Shown here in pieces: positions 49,634-63,854 of a DNA stretch of 64,000 nt (position 1 is its first letter; each line of letters starts with the position of its first letter). The notes beneath the pieces are model-generated. The model had not been told where the DNA came from. It saw only the letters and a program-made list of their open reading frames with translations, and searched no databases. A program made the translations under genes and the position numbers. The DNA comes from Hydrolagus affinis (lineage: Eukaryota): the NCBI GenBank assembly GCA_012026655.1, contig JAAILG010001616.1, positions 1 through 64,000 of the forward strand. Reading direction: 5' to 3'.

Positions 49634-52427
49634 CTGCAAGAGAAGACAGTATTCCACAGCACAACAATTACATTAAGGCAAGTACATCTTATATATCACC
49701 AGAGTCAAACTTAAAGAGAGTGACAGGATGTATGGAATTTCATATAATTCTTTTAAGAGGATTGGGATTATAACTGGGAGCAGAATCTCAAGATAGGTGA
49801 AAAATTGTGCAGAATTTCCCACTTCTGATGATTAACCAGTGTACTTTTTCTGGAAGTATGAAGTCGACTCCAAAGAATTTGTAGTGTTATGTAACCTTAG
49901 GTTCAAATGTGATCAAAAGGACTATATCAAGGATAACTAAGAGAGACCCTTGGGAGAACTTTTTGATAGAATGGTTTTGACAGACTAATGCCATACATCT
50001 TACAAATAAGCAGATTTTTTTTCACTGTTAACAGTTTCTGAATAACTTGAACAGCAGGGGATGGGCCTGAACTGAGCCAATAACATAGAGTCCTTGCATT
50101 GGGGATAGCACCTTATCATATTGGAAGGATGTAGCAAAGCACACACTCATATAAAGATTAAGTTCTGTTGTGTTATTGGGGGTAAAATGGAGACATTTTT
50201 ACATTTCATATCACACTTGAAAGCTACTTACAGATGGAACATTGGAATATATGTTTTTCCCAGGAATTCTATCCATCAGCTTAAACACCAAATTGATAAT
50301 TAAAAGAGTTACTACAAAAGATGGAATACACGTCTCATGATTTTATTTGCTTCAAAAGCAAAAACTATAGTATAGGGTTTTACATTCAAGTTGAGTCATT
50401 CAGAGCTCTAGGCATCCAAAAACTTGATTTCCTTCGGACTAAAGTCACTGCCACGTTTTATCATTCTTGTACTAAAGGCCAATTCATTTAATTAAATCTC
50501 ATTCATATAGTAAGTAGAGTAGCAATGGCATTTTTAATGTCTGGTGTGTGCTTTTATCATAACCTTCACACCAGATTTGCAGGTTCAGATACACTACATT
50601 ACAAACTGGCTACATCAATGAAGTGTTTAAAGGCAGCTGTGGGTCAGGGCAGGGTACAAGGTGAATAAATTCTCCATCAATATGCAAGCAGCGCTTGCTA
50701 GAGAAGTGACCAATATCCTTTATGGTAAATCTTACTGCAGAATAGTTTATCCAATTGATAAAGGTATTATTGGGGTGACATCCTATGGTTGTCAGTAGCA
50801 GGAAATGCAGGCAATAAACCACAGGTTCGAAAAGCAAGTCAATATCTATTAATGGTCCCCATTGAATGTGAGCATCCAAACATTGATAATAAATGTATTA
50901 ATTTCTCATCAGCAAATTTGTAAAGTTTACATTATGATTTCTCTAGTTTCACAATATTTGTCTTTGGTTCCGTTTGCTAAGTAAACCATTGAATGTGTGA
51001 TCATTACTCTTCAGAGTTCCATGGTGCATAACATGTTCAAAGTCCATTTAGATATATTGTACTTAAACAGAACACAGGACTACACCCTAGCTGAAGACAT
51101 GGTGCAATCTACCAGTGTCTGTTGCTCAAAGCATTAGGATAACATTAATTCAGGTTACCTTATTATCTGGTTTATAATATTTACACTTTGTTGCCACGTG
51201 ACTCTATAATTGCCTGTCATATATCACGGAAAAAGTCATTTAGTAGGAGAGAGAGTGTGTGATTCCAAGATAATACTGTTAACAAAACTGTGATCCCAGA
51301 TTTCAGAAACTGGAAAAATAAAACGTGAATAATTTAAGCAGTCACTTAATTTTCCTTAATTCAACGTTTCGATTGTTGTTGCTGTTAATGAACTTTCCTG
51401 CATTTTGTCATTTCGGTTGCACATTATCTTCACCATTTCCCATTATAGCATCACCGAACAGTATAATGGCTGCTTAAGCTTTACTCAAAGGTAGCAGGAA
51501 GAGGCAGTTCAGTAATTAAAACATGAGGTTTCACCAAATGTTTCTGAAAAATAACATTTACACTGGATGTTCTCAGTTATTTTAAGAAAATTGAAAAAGT
51601 TCCCCCAACGTTCCATTTTAACATCACAATTTTCAAAATAATTTAATCAAAACCGGTGTTACTTTTCAATAAAAAAAACAATTTTGTAACCACCTGAACT
51701 GGGGGTAATTTATGACAAAACAATTGGTGTGGGGGGGAAAAAACATGTTATCCAACATGTGAAAGGGTTCTTGCACCAGAGACTATGAACTTGTGTAGCT
51801 GGTTACAGAGCAGCTTTGAAAGCACCTCTTGCCTCAAAGAGACGAAAGTGTTTCACCCACAAAATATACAGTCAATTCACTTTACGATATCCAGTATCTT
51901 GTGCAGCGCTTCGAAAAGTCTCAACATCTTGGTAAGGCACTATATGAAATGCAAGGAATGTTATTATTAAAGCAGATTAAGTAAAAGATGCATTGGATTT
52001 GGGCAAGCATGAACTATTATATAAAAAAATATTGCCTCAGAAATCATATTTGTATTCATCATATTCAGAGCATTCAGTTCAGTGATGAAGCAATAACAGA
52101 TGGGTATTTAGTAATGAGTGTTAAGATTTTCCCTAACAGATTTCCTCAGATTGTCTTTGAGTAGTTTAAATAGAATCAAAAAGCTCCACAAAAAATGTAA
52201 CTTATTCCAACTAGTCCAAGAGTTTTTACTCCACATAATCTTGCACCCCTCCCAATCTCTTCTCCCTTGCCTTTCCAACCACAATACCCTCTATTCCCTT
52301 CTCTCTCATATATGCAAGTTTCTGTAGAGCAACCGCAAATGTTTTTCAGCAAGTCCTTCAACTGATTGCAGTAGATTTAATTTAATGCAGAGACAACACA
52401 ATAAAACTGAATTTACACTTCCTCAAA

Positions 52428-52585
52428 TAATAATAATGATCCTTGCTTTTGATATAGCATTTTTCATGTCTTCTAGACGTCTCAAAGCACTTCACAGAAT
52501 ATACTGTGACGTGAATTGACTGTATGTTTTGTGGGCAAAACCCAGCAGCCAATTGTGTGCAGCAGTGTCCCACAAACAGTCGTAG
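52428..52585 (-). mobile_element. 5'-truncated tRNA/Deu SINE (further fragments ~12955, 13120, 24870, 26140, 26935, 29050, 51830, 61320)
   Basis: (TAA)n-TCCTTGC...CTAGACGTCTCAAAGCACTTCACAGAATATACTG...GCAGCCAATTGTG. Confidence 0.82.
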
Positions 52586-55295
52586 AAAAGTAGAGAATTT
52601 GCACAAATCTTCATCGACACAGTGACTGTGAAATCGCAGTACTGGCATCCTACATTTCGATTTTCTTGACACCCAGATCACTAAAACTATATCTTAATAT
52701 ATCAGTAATACCATGAATTGTAGAATACCACATTAACCGTGACATTTGTCATGCAAAAAAGGTCAGGCACTTTTCATGCAAATGAGTCAACCTTTGAATA
52801 AAAGCTAAAGCTGCAGATTGAAAACTGTTCTAGTTTCCCGTCAGTGTGTTGTAAAATAAATAGGCCTGCCTTTCTGAGTGGATCACAAGTTAACAGTCTC
52901 TGAGAGGTGATCCATTAGGCACATTAACAGCAATTCATGAAACTTTTGGAATACAAAAGAAGAAAACATACCTAACAGTACTTCAGAGAGTTGCCATTCA
53001 TTAGCTTTATGTCATAAACAGTTGTTTACTTGCAGAATTTCAGTCTATTATGCAGTTCTTACACATATAGTAATTAATTAACGCGTAATGTTCGTCATTG
53101 TGTCACTGTAGGTATGTATTTGTGGCACAGAGGTGTCTTCATCCAGGTAAAATGGTCCTTTTTGTTCAAATCATAATGGGTTCAAAAATGGGTTTTGATT
53201 TGTGCACAACAATGCTGTAACAATTGGTAGTCGATCTCCCCTATGCCCTGCCGTGTCCACAAACCAGCTTGCCACTAAATATTACAATCGAGAATACTGG
53301 CAATGCAGGAATGAGTAACATTGGTGCTGATTTCTCCTGTCTCTGCCAGTCTCTGCACATCACCCAATGCACATATACTACACTACATCATCACTCCTTC
53401 TCTAAATGGACTATTGTGATCACTTCAACTGTTACCCGAGCAGCTGCTGTTGATTTATTTATCAATACAAAATGACCCATTGTTGCCAACTGAGGTCTAT
53501 TGTTGTGGGCCTTTGCAATTGGTACCTCTGACAAACTGAGTCTCTGTGATAATGAAACACTGTATTCCACATCTATTACAATAAGCTGTTTCAACTGAGC
53601 ACGCTACATTATAATTAATACTGCAGATTCGTAAATCAGGCAAGTATGACACAAAAGATTAAATCAATGCTCAGTGTTGAATATCACTAATCTAATCCTA
53701 TTAATATTTCTGTGTGCAAGAAAAATGACCATTGACAGCAGTCAAAACTTACTGCCCAACACAAATGATATTGAAATTAACCGCTTATTGGATTCCAGTA
53801 ATGTTTTCACATAACAGTTTGATATATTAGCAGGTAACGTTTAGGCCAAGCTGAAATTTGACTTGCAAGTGTCTGCATTGCTGTGGCTGAGAGCATAACG
53901 GTTCTGGCTCTTTGGTTGGGAGGGGCAGACAGAAAGCCCATAGGGATGTGAGCTTTCAGAGACTGCTGTGTAGAATTTCCCAATTGTGTGACACTTACAT
54001 TCCCCCTGGGCATATTAAGCCAGATATAGAATTGATTAATGAAACCGCAAATTTCCCAACAATTAATGTAACTTGTGAATGAATGCACGGAAAGCAGGTC
54101 TGGTTTCATACGATGTACAGCACTGTTTTTATCTTGCAATACAGTACTTAAGTGTTTGGCTGAAAAGATTTGCTTTGGCAAGATGCAACATTACTAGATG
54201 TGCAATACAACTGATCCATACTCTATGAAGATACACCATTGTGATTGGATGTGAATACCCTGGCAGGTGATCTGATCTCGCTATTCTATATCAAAAACTG
54301 TAGGGAGCTCAAGATGAAGCTTCATTTGAATTTAAAAAAAAATGGTCTCATTCACAAATTCCTTCTTAACATTTTCTCCAGTAAAATGGAGGTACCATTC
54401 TGTAACTAAATCATGTGACAACACAACATTCAAAAATAACATTGACAATTACCAATTAAATGCTATTAATGGCAATAATATCAACCCCTTATCTGTCTGA
54501 TGGATTGCTCTGCACACATCTTCTTACAATGTATTTATTTTAAAAATCACCACCTTGATGTTTAGCTGCTGATTCTGTCCTGTTCTCTCGTAGTTGTCTC
54601 AACAGCTTACGATAGAGATATCCATTTTTAAAAATGCTATGTAGTGCTATGTTGTACATTCATTCAAAGCTATTGCGTCGGTATTCGTTTCCTTAATTGA
54701 TTTAGCAAAACTTTTACAAACATTTTGTTTATAACAAAAAAAACAATGAATTCTGTAAGAATGTGAGTATGATTTATTTTCCCACAGCTTAAGTCACCCA
54801 CCCGGGTTTGTTTGTGGCTACTGTGGCTATCAAGAGGAAAAAATAGCTCGTTGAAGCCCATTACAGTGTTGTGTTTTTTTAAGGGCTCTTTATTTAAAAG
54901 CGAACAAAGGATTTGGCACAACTGTAAACACTGCCGATCTAAACAACATTAATTGAGGTGACATGGTATTTTACCCTCCCCAGTCTAGGTAAGCCTGCTG
55001 ATTGTCAAAAGACACTATCACATCTCCCACCAGCTTTTTGATTAACAAAAACACAACCATCCCATAAAAGGTGGCGATCAACACCTTAGAGTGCAATCTG
55101 AACATGTTAATGTTCACATAAACATGTTCTGATGGATGAATGAATAAATACCAGGTACATATCCTTTGCCATATTATAATACCCCCATAACAGCACTGAC
55201 TGTTCACCAAGTGTGTTTTGGGCAAAAAAAACCACACTCATCATTAATATTTTCTCTGTAAGATTAAAAATAGGAGGAGAGAAAGGCTAATTTAC

Positions 55296-56040
55296 CTTGT
55301 GCAATGGACTGAAGGACAGAAATTCAGTCTTCTCTTCTTTAAAGCAGGTTAAATGTGAAGGAGATTCCAAGCTTAGCAGATGTACAAGCAGCAGCCCTGA
55401 CAGAAGAGTCCACACCCAGCTTTGTCTTCAATCATCATTCTGTCTACAGGAAACAGCAGCTCTCCCACTTCCTCCTCTTTCTAGCTGTTGTAACTTCCCC
55501 TACTCTGAGTCTTTCACTCCCCACCCTCCCTTCCCTCCCCCAATGTCTTGTTCCTCCTTTCCTCTCCAACGTTGCCTTGGGCAGATTCTTTTTTGTGGCA
55601 CCCTCCCCCTCTACAGAGACACTCTGACTTGCTTCACCAGCAATGCTCTGAGCTAAAAACTTGCTCACCCAAAACATTCAACATTCAGAAGCAATCAGGG
55701 AGTTTAATCTTATCCTGTCTGACATGTTAAACCAAAAGATTAAAAATAAATTCAGAGAACATGCTCCCTTCTCCAAACATTAACGTAAAGATTGTGTGTG
55801 ACTTTATTCCTCCCAGCTGTTGTGGGGAAGAAGGGGGTGATTCCCTGATCAGGGCAGCTATAGCAAGCATGAACAGCAAATGCTGCCACATTTAAAAGCA
55901 AGAGTAGACCTGTGTCCCCCTTTTACCCCCTCCTCTATTTGCACAGAATCTAATATAACAAAAGGTTTTTTTTTGCAATGTTCCTGTGAGGGCACAGTGG
56001 ACTGTAATAAAATGGATTTCCCCATTGCTGCCATGGCAAC
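55296..56040 (-). promoter_or_regulatory. Candidate GNG2 promoter / first non-coding exon
   Basis: Donor CAAG|gtaaat at 55295, purine-rich tract, ETS/PU.1 motifs (55466-55474, ~55493-55500), near-perfect X-box at 56027-56040. Confidence 0.3.
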
Positions 56041-57489
56041 TGTGAATGACTGATTTCCTGTGTTGTTTATGTAAATGCAGCAATTCTGCCTTAGCTCAGC
56101 AGAGAGGGGAGACAGGAATCAAACTCTAATCCTCCTCAATAAGATATTTCATTCCCTTTGCCTGCACTGAGTTATGGATTTGTACGTAAGGGAAGGCCAA
56201 GGCACGACGGGTAGTCAAAAAGGCACAATCTTGCCAGACTTTTCGCTGAATAGAATTTCGCTTTTTTTTGGGGATACTTAATTCATTGACATGTCAGTCT
56301 TAGTACATGATAATAGAGGATTTTTGTATGGGTTTCTGCTTGCCCCCTTCTCCCTGCTCCAGCCATTTACCTGTATAATCCACTTGAATAGAAATAAAGC
56401 ATCAGCTTTGCCAGCAATGTCCTGAATAAGAAGGACTAAAATTGTCGATTTTTCAGGTGTCCATTAATCTGCTTTTCTGAAGTCATTCCTGTAATTACAA
56501 TATTCTACGGACTGTTTAACCCTCCAAAGGAAAATGCTTCATTGACAAGTTATCCAGAGACAGTTAGGCATATGTACAAATAGACAATTAAACGTGGCCG
56601 GGATATTGGTAACCCGATGACTTAAATGGTGGTGATGAGTAAAAACCAGGCTCGAGTTATCAGGATTCATTGGATTACAAGTATGATTTCGATTTCAAAA
56701 TTATTCATTGCCTCAACCATTTTTCAACCTTTTGTTCATCACTTGTATATAATTGTGCGACTTCAACTGTTTCTGCTCCAACTGTCTAGATTGCAATCTT
56801 TCTCTCTCCCCTTCTCTACTGTGGGTCATGCCTCCTGCTGGATCGGATCTATCTTTATTCATGTGCGAGTATTTTGCATTGAGCCAACAAGGCTATTCAG
56901 CCACAGGAGGGCATCACCACTGAGCCTGATCCTGTGCTCGCCCAGTATCCAACACATACTAAGTCCAGCAGGGATCACTGGATAACAATAAGAAATAGGA
57001 ATCCTGACTCATTTTAGTCATGTCTACTCCAGTGATCGTAATTATATTACGCAGTGTGACCAAGTGAAATCCAGCAATCAATAGAGAGTTACTACTCGTG
57101 TTTTTTTTCACTAGGACGCCTGTTTTTACTCTTAAGACAGCAACTTGCATTTATATCGCGCCATTCACATGGGGGTAAGACCACTCTTTGTAGCAGTAAA
57201 ATAACCATCTTTAATTTTTCAAGGGTGTTGACAGGTACAGGGAAAGAGCAGGGAATTGGGAATAGAATATCTGCTGTCACTGAATCCCGCCACTGATGTA
57301 ACAAGTTGAATGGCCTCCTACTGTGTTATAGATTTCAATGGATCTTTGTTATTGGCACAAGACCAACCAACTGATTGGGAAGTCACGGATGAGCTGAGCG
57401 GCTTAGCCGAGAGGGATCACATGGATACACTGCATTAAAATAAAGCAGCAGGCAGTCCCCATTCAAAATTGGTGGCACTTCCCTACTCT

Positions 57490-57715
57490 GGACACATTGG
57501 CTGGAATGCATTGCCTGAAAAGATGGTGGAGGCCGATTCGATAACAGCTTTTAAAAGAGAATTAGATCTTTATTTAGGGAGAGTAGGTCTATTAGGTTAT
57601 GGGGAGAGCGCGGGGCAGTGGGATTGAGTTGCTCTTTTCAAAGAGCCGGCACAGACTAGATGGGCTGAATGGCGTCCTTTTGTGCCATAAAATTCTATGA
57701 TTCTATGATTCTATG
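57490..57715 (+). mobile_element. CR1 LINE 3' end with (ATTCTATG)3 tail
   Basis: WNALPEKMVEADSITAFKRELDLYL remnant and the diagnostic CR1 octamer repeat. Confidence 0.9.
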
Positions 57716-60700
57716 GGCAGATCTGAGACAAGCTACAACGCAATTGGTAGCCTGTCTATCAGTGAAAGCTTCAATGACAAGAGTTCCCCTGTTCAATTCT
57801 TGTGGACAGCTGAGCTCCGCTCCCAGACCAGCCCAAGACTTTCTTCCTCCTTAGAAGGATTAAGAATGAAGCAGGGATGGATAGACTTGAACAGGAGAGG
57901 GAGAGGAGCAAGAGACACGAGAGCCCTGAGGCAGTGTGTGAACACATTAATGGGCAAAGGGATATTAGTGGATTGGTCAGCAATAGCCCTTGGTGGTGGA
58001 GGACCTTGGCACGATCGCTTGTGGCACACGGCAGCTCCCACCTGAAATTCACCCTGTGGCACAGGGTCAGCACTCCTCACTGGAAGGTCAAGGGCTGCCT
58101 CTTGACACAGAAAGTCACCAGTAACCTTATCAATGCTCAGAGGTTTCGCGAAAATGACAAATAGAGAGCCAACTTATTATGAACTTTCCTTTTCTAACAC
58201 TAGCTGTGTCCACAGTGGCTGTCTAAGATCCACAAAGAGTTGGTAAAAGAATAGTGGCATTGGTGCTGTTTTAGGACATATTCTCCTAGTGCCCACCTGA
58301 AGCATGGCCTCTTAATTATTTTTCTTTCTTTGACTCAATTTTCCATTAGCTATTGACAGCAGAACCAACACTGAGCTCATCTTATTCAGGTTAAGTGAAT
58401 CATTTCCTGATACTTAAGATGGTTAAACTGCATTACCGCTAACGATGAATTTCTTTTTTCAGGGGCAATTGTACCAAAAACACGATGTTGTACCATTGAA
58501 AAAGATTAACATCCAGTTAGGAAGCAAATCAAAATGAAGAAGTCATAAAGCCATTGTTTTCAAGACACTGTACTTGTATCAGCTTCCAGTGAATCCCATA
58601 TCTGTGACTTATTGTGGGTTGAACAAGCCACATCCCATTCCTTCCTTTCAATTGATTATGTGTACAATCCTCTGTGAATTATCATAGACAATGCAACCAA
58701 CTCTCTATCCAATTGATTTATGTACTGGATGATTTAAAAACCACAGGCAAAATTTCTTGTATGATAAAGATCTCAAACCTGCAAGATATCAATTCAACAT
58801 CACAACCCGCATTACATAAAACCAGCGAGTTACATTCCACTGATAATAAATGATAGAACATTTAATCGTTTACATCTATAGCTATCATATTTACATCTCT
58901 ACAATCTATATCTTTCAGCATTTTAAGGACCCTAAAGACTAAACATACCTCTGGGGAGAAATTCTATCTTGATCTAGCTTTACTCTATTTATTATGCAGT
59001 ACTGTACTTCAGAGCATCCAGATTTTGACAAATTCTTCAATACAGTTAGACGTTTAACGTTGGTTTTCTGTAAATGCTTTAAAGAAATACGGAAAAAAAG
59101 CTTCAAAGCTGAGACTGAATTCAACAATCTTTCAATTCAGAATACTCCTAAAATAAATACATAGAGTAAATCTACACCGAGGTGGAAATTCTCCACCATT
59201 GTGCCTTCTTTTGCTTTTTCATCATTGAAAACCTATCCTAGTCTGTGAGTTTATCCTCACAACTTAAATCTTAGTCCTGAGAAATAAATCCTATGGGCTA
59301 GTAATTTTCTAATTCACAAAGCTTAAATAGTAATTATAGTAAAACTTGTACATGTCTAATCGGTATATATCATATCATCATCCAAGTCATACATCTGCCC
59401 ACGGCCCATTGAATTTCCTATTATTAATACATTTCACATAACTCATACTTTTCACATGTCATATTAAATTAATACAACACATCCCAATTAATACAACTAA
59501 TGTGAGGTTTACTGTATGGTGTGATAAATCTTCACACCAATGGCTTCAATATCATAACACTAATACTGTATACAAAAATATTGAAAACTCTTAATTGAAA
59601 ACTCCTGTCTCCTCTACCCTTCTCTACCCTTTTACATCTAAAAGCTCTGCTTTTGATGCTCCCTGCAGCATGGGAAGGGAGTGAGAATAGGTGGATAGAG
59701 GCCAAATGTCAAGTATTTTTCACTTTGGCTTTTAATTTACCCACACCTCGACTGAACTGCTCTTCTTGTTTACATCGGAACGCATAGTCACACCCACCTT
59801 TGCCCTAATGCCCTCCCTTCTCCATCACTGGTATCTGAACAGTCCTGAATATTCCTTACGACTCGAACTACATTTTAACCCAATATAATCCACCACTCAT
59901 TCACAAAGTTTGAGCCATTTATTACCCAATATATTCCATTTTAGTTGTTGTATATTGGAATCAGTTTTTGGAAATCAAGAGAATAGCACAAGAACCAGAA
60001 ATCAATGTAAGCATTTCATTTTGGCAAAATGTAATCTGTGCATGAATTCAAAAGTTATATTTTCTAGAGGATGATGCTGGATTAATATTAGCCAGTGTAG
60101 ATACATTTTGTCTTGAAATTACATTGATTTTTATTAAATTCACCAGAGGGATATGAGCAAATGTTTTGCTGGAACAATGGAACACACTGGAAAAGAGTCT
60201 ATTGCTGTAGATGGAAGTCTATATAGATTGTTGCAATATATAATATTGTATAGCACTTTGATATACTGGTATTCTTAAGTACTTTGGCAATGTCAAGTAC
60301 AAAGATTTCATTATTTTATCCAAGATTACATGGTGTTTTGTGAGGTATTTCCACATGGTGCAGTTCCCAACAGCTGCTAACCACATTAGATCTGTTGAAT
60401 ACATCTCATCTCACCTAAAGGATACACAATAAGCAAATGAATCTTGACAACTATTCCCACATGTACTCATTAATACATTTGTATACACTCACACAGCAAC
60501 GTGACAATACCCTGTTGTATCTGAACTGAAGCCAAGTAAAGCTTAGTTACTGTGCTTAGTTGCAGATACCACAGGTCTTCAAGAAACGTTGGCAAACTTT
60601 TCTTCTTTGATTTACAAATACACCGAGCGGTTGGATAAAATTGTTTTCAAATATTTCAGGGAGGAGGCAAAACAAGTTTCCACACAACATCCCGATGATA

Positions 60701-60744
60701 ACATTAACTAACACCGCTCATCTGGTTGATTGCCATCGCAACTT

Positions 60745-60881
60745 GTCGACCTCCCCTACGTGTTTCACCCCTTCCCGAACACTTCCCTCCCAGCTTAGGT
60801 CACACGCCTCCTGTGCAGCGCCTTGGGACGTCCTCCCGATGTGAAACGCGCTTTATAAGTTTAAATTGTTGTTGTTGTTGT
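60745..60881 (+). mobile_element. L2-type 3' tail fragment
   Basis: GCGCCTTGGGACGTCCTCCCGATGTGAAACGCGCTTTATAA...(TTG)n. Confidence 0.75.
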
Positions 60882-61654
60882 CTTTTAATGCTATAATTTG
60901 AATGCAACACTCAGCCTCAACAAACACTTTTTCGCCTTGAATTGGTGTCAAATGCTATCACGTGACAATGAAGAACGCAATGTCAATAGATCACTTATAC
61001 ATTCAGAATCAATGAAGGTGTTTAAAAGAAAGCTAGAGAAATACGTCAGAAGTGACATTGCTGAGGCAATAGGAACAGCAGGGAAACTAGATTAATAATG
61101 TTATGTATGACTGAACAAAATGGAAGATTAAGCTCTTGTAGGTACACTGTGGTTAGGATCCATCTCTGCTCTACACAGTAGAGTTTTATTCAGAGTGACA
61201 TATGCAACTGGGATTTTCTTCCATTTACTAAATTTAAAAAAAATAAAAACTTAATGAGAAAAGATGGGTAATAATCTAGGTCACAGCACATGAGGGGCCT
61301 GCTTTAGTGCCTGACATCATAATAATAATAATCCTTGTGTTTAATGTAGTGCTTTTCACATCTTCTAGACGTCTCAAAGCGCTTCACAGAATATAATCTC
61401 AAAATAAGACAAGATGTACAGTGCTTTCAGTCATTTACTTTCATATTGGAAGACATTTCAGACCTTTTCCAATATAGCAGGAGAATAGGTTCTTAAACGA
61501 CTGAATCGACTTGGATTGACTGAACTCACACAACGAGCAATGCTGTTAACTCAAAAACACCCCCCGCGTTAGATTTCAGATATAGCCTCAGTTTAAGGGC
61601 ATTATAAAATTATTAACATTTTAGTCTTTTAGTCCCAAATTCTCCTCATTAATG

Positions 61655-62014
61655 CTTGCTACCTCTCTGACCTCCAAAACCCCAACCAACCTGCCCAATC
61701 CCTCAGCTCAGCAGGCTCCGGCCTGTTCCATGTTCCCCAACCCACCCACCCCATCGGCGGGCGAACCTTCAGCCACTCTGTCCCTAACCTCTGAAATTCC
61801 ATCCCGCAGTCCCTCCACCTCACCCCCTTTCTAGCCTCCTTCAAGTCCAGCCTCAAGACCCTCCGCTTCGACGTCCCATCGGTCACCCCAATTGCCCTCT
61901 ATTCCCTCCACCATCGTCAATTCCAATCCCAGCTCGGGTCTGAAACATTGACTGTCCGGCACCTTGGGACGTCTTCCCGACGTGAAATTATACAAATATA
62001 ATTTTGTTGTTGTT
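61655..62014 (+). mobile_element. L2-type LINE 3' fragment
   Basis: GGRTFSHSVPNL*NSIPQSLHL...FKSSLKTL remnant; CCTTGGGACGTC tail and (TTG)n. Confidence 0.85.
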
Positions 62015-62237
62015 ACCCAACTTGAGACAATGTACTCTAATTGAAAAATTATAATACACCTGGTTAATGTAGAGAGATTTTGTAGATTTACAGATTTACA
62101 CAACATAGCAAAACAAACAGGACCTTGATTAAAGACATCAATTAATAATATATTTTACTTTTTTTTATTAATAAATAGATTTATTCATCGCTTTCAAAAG
62201 GTATCTATTTCATAATTTTTTTGAAAAGGTTTGTTTA

Positions 62238-62489
62238 TATAATAATAATAATACTTGCATTTGATATAGTGCTTTTCATGTCTTCTGGACATCTCAAAGC
62301 ACTTCACAGAATATACTATCATGAATTGATTATATATTTGCGGGCGAAACGTGCAGCCAATTTTGTTGTTGAGGGATTATTATTAGGTGTGTGGAGTATG
62401 AAAACTTGCCCAAGGTTTTGCCCTGCCTGGATTCGAACACAGGCCCAATGCTTGTAAAGCAAGTGCTCTAACCACTGAGCTACAGGGCT
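62238..62489 (-). mobile_element. tRNA-derived SINE with internal deletion
   Basis: A box TAGCTCAGTGG, B box GTTCGAATCC, AACCTTGGGCAAGTTT, same tail as 37187 copy. Confidence 0.88.
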
Positions 62490-63854
62490 CCACATATATG
62501 GCGCATGACAACAAAAATACCTGTATAGCATAAATAAAACAATTTTTGATCTTGAAACCTTGGCAGAAGTTTATGTAGATATAATTTTATGTTTTTTCTA
62601 ACTAGTTGCAAATCAACAATGCATCAGATTCAATCATTTGCATTGTGAACCTTTTTATGTGTCCTATCTTCCCTATCTTCCTTATCTACGCTACCTTCCT
62701 GTATGTTCCTTGGTATCCCTCTGGGTGGCATAGTCTCACCATGGACAATCCAATGCCGGATGTACCTACGTGTAATTGACTTGACTGAAAAGTGGCTTTT
62801 GTAACTCACTGGAAAAACTATTTCTTCAAAGCAAATTGGTCACTTTTCCTATCCACTAAAAAAATATGCATTCTTAGAATACCTTAGCCTATTAACTTTA
62901 TCTTCCACATGATGCACTTAACAAGGTTTGAACAGATGTGACTTTTACAGAAACGACTTTGAAGAGCTATCAGTCATTTCAATGCAAATAAACCCATTAT
63001 ATCAAATGGAAGTATTAGTGAATTGTTTGAGAACTGTAAGCAGTAGGAAAGAGACTTATATCTGAAAGAAATCATAAGACAGTGGTTTGAAGAAGTGCAA
63101 TTTCAGGGCAAAGATTTTCATCACCATAGTAAATTATTTGTTTCCAACCTGCCTTCAGTGAAGTTGTATCAATGTTTCTAACTTGACAATTGCTCTGCTT
63201 GCTTCACTACCATTGGTATTTTATAAAGACTACAGCTTGCCACCCATATACGTTTCTAACTCGGCTTCTTGTATTTGGACTAGTTTCACGTCACCACTCC
63301 TGCCCAGTGATTGCCTGCTGTGAAGTGGCATCTGTGCACTTTGGGTGAGATCATCTGGCTGAGTTATGATGCCCACCACTGGATAATCTGGCCATCTTCT
63401 GGGTCTTTAGGCAAAAAATGGACCCTTGCCCTGTGCGCTGTTAGTGTTGATAAACCTGGACCGCAGCAATGGTCATCATCACCTTCAGAAGAGGAATGAT
63501 GGCGATAAATGGCTATTCATGTTAAAATGGCTGTATATTGAAAGTTAGCACAGCTGTTATTCTCTGCCTAATTTATGCTTCAAGCTTTATTTGGAAACTA
63601 TCCTTAATATGATGCAATATTAATATGTCTGTCATGTTCCTCCTCTGCCACAAGAGGGAGACAGCAGCAACTTCAAGTGATGGGAGGCAGCAAACTAACC
63701 TTCCATATATGGCTGGCTCCAAGAGAGAAATGCCACCAAACTATCCTTCACTGAAGCCCTTGTGTGGCCACAATGTTTTGTTAATGGATCAAAATGTTGC
63801 AAATAACTTATTAAATGAGATATATGTGTTCAGATAAAAACAACTATCAATGTC

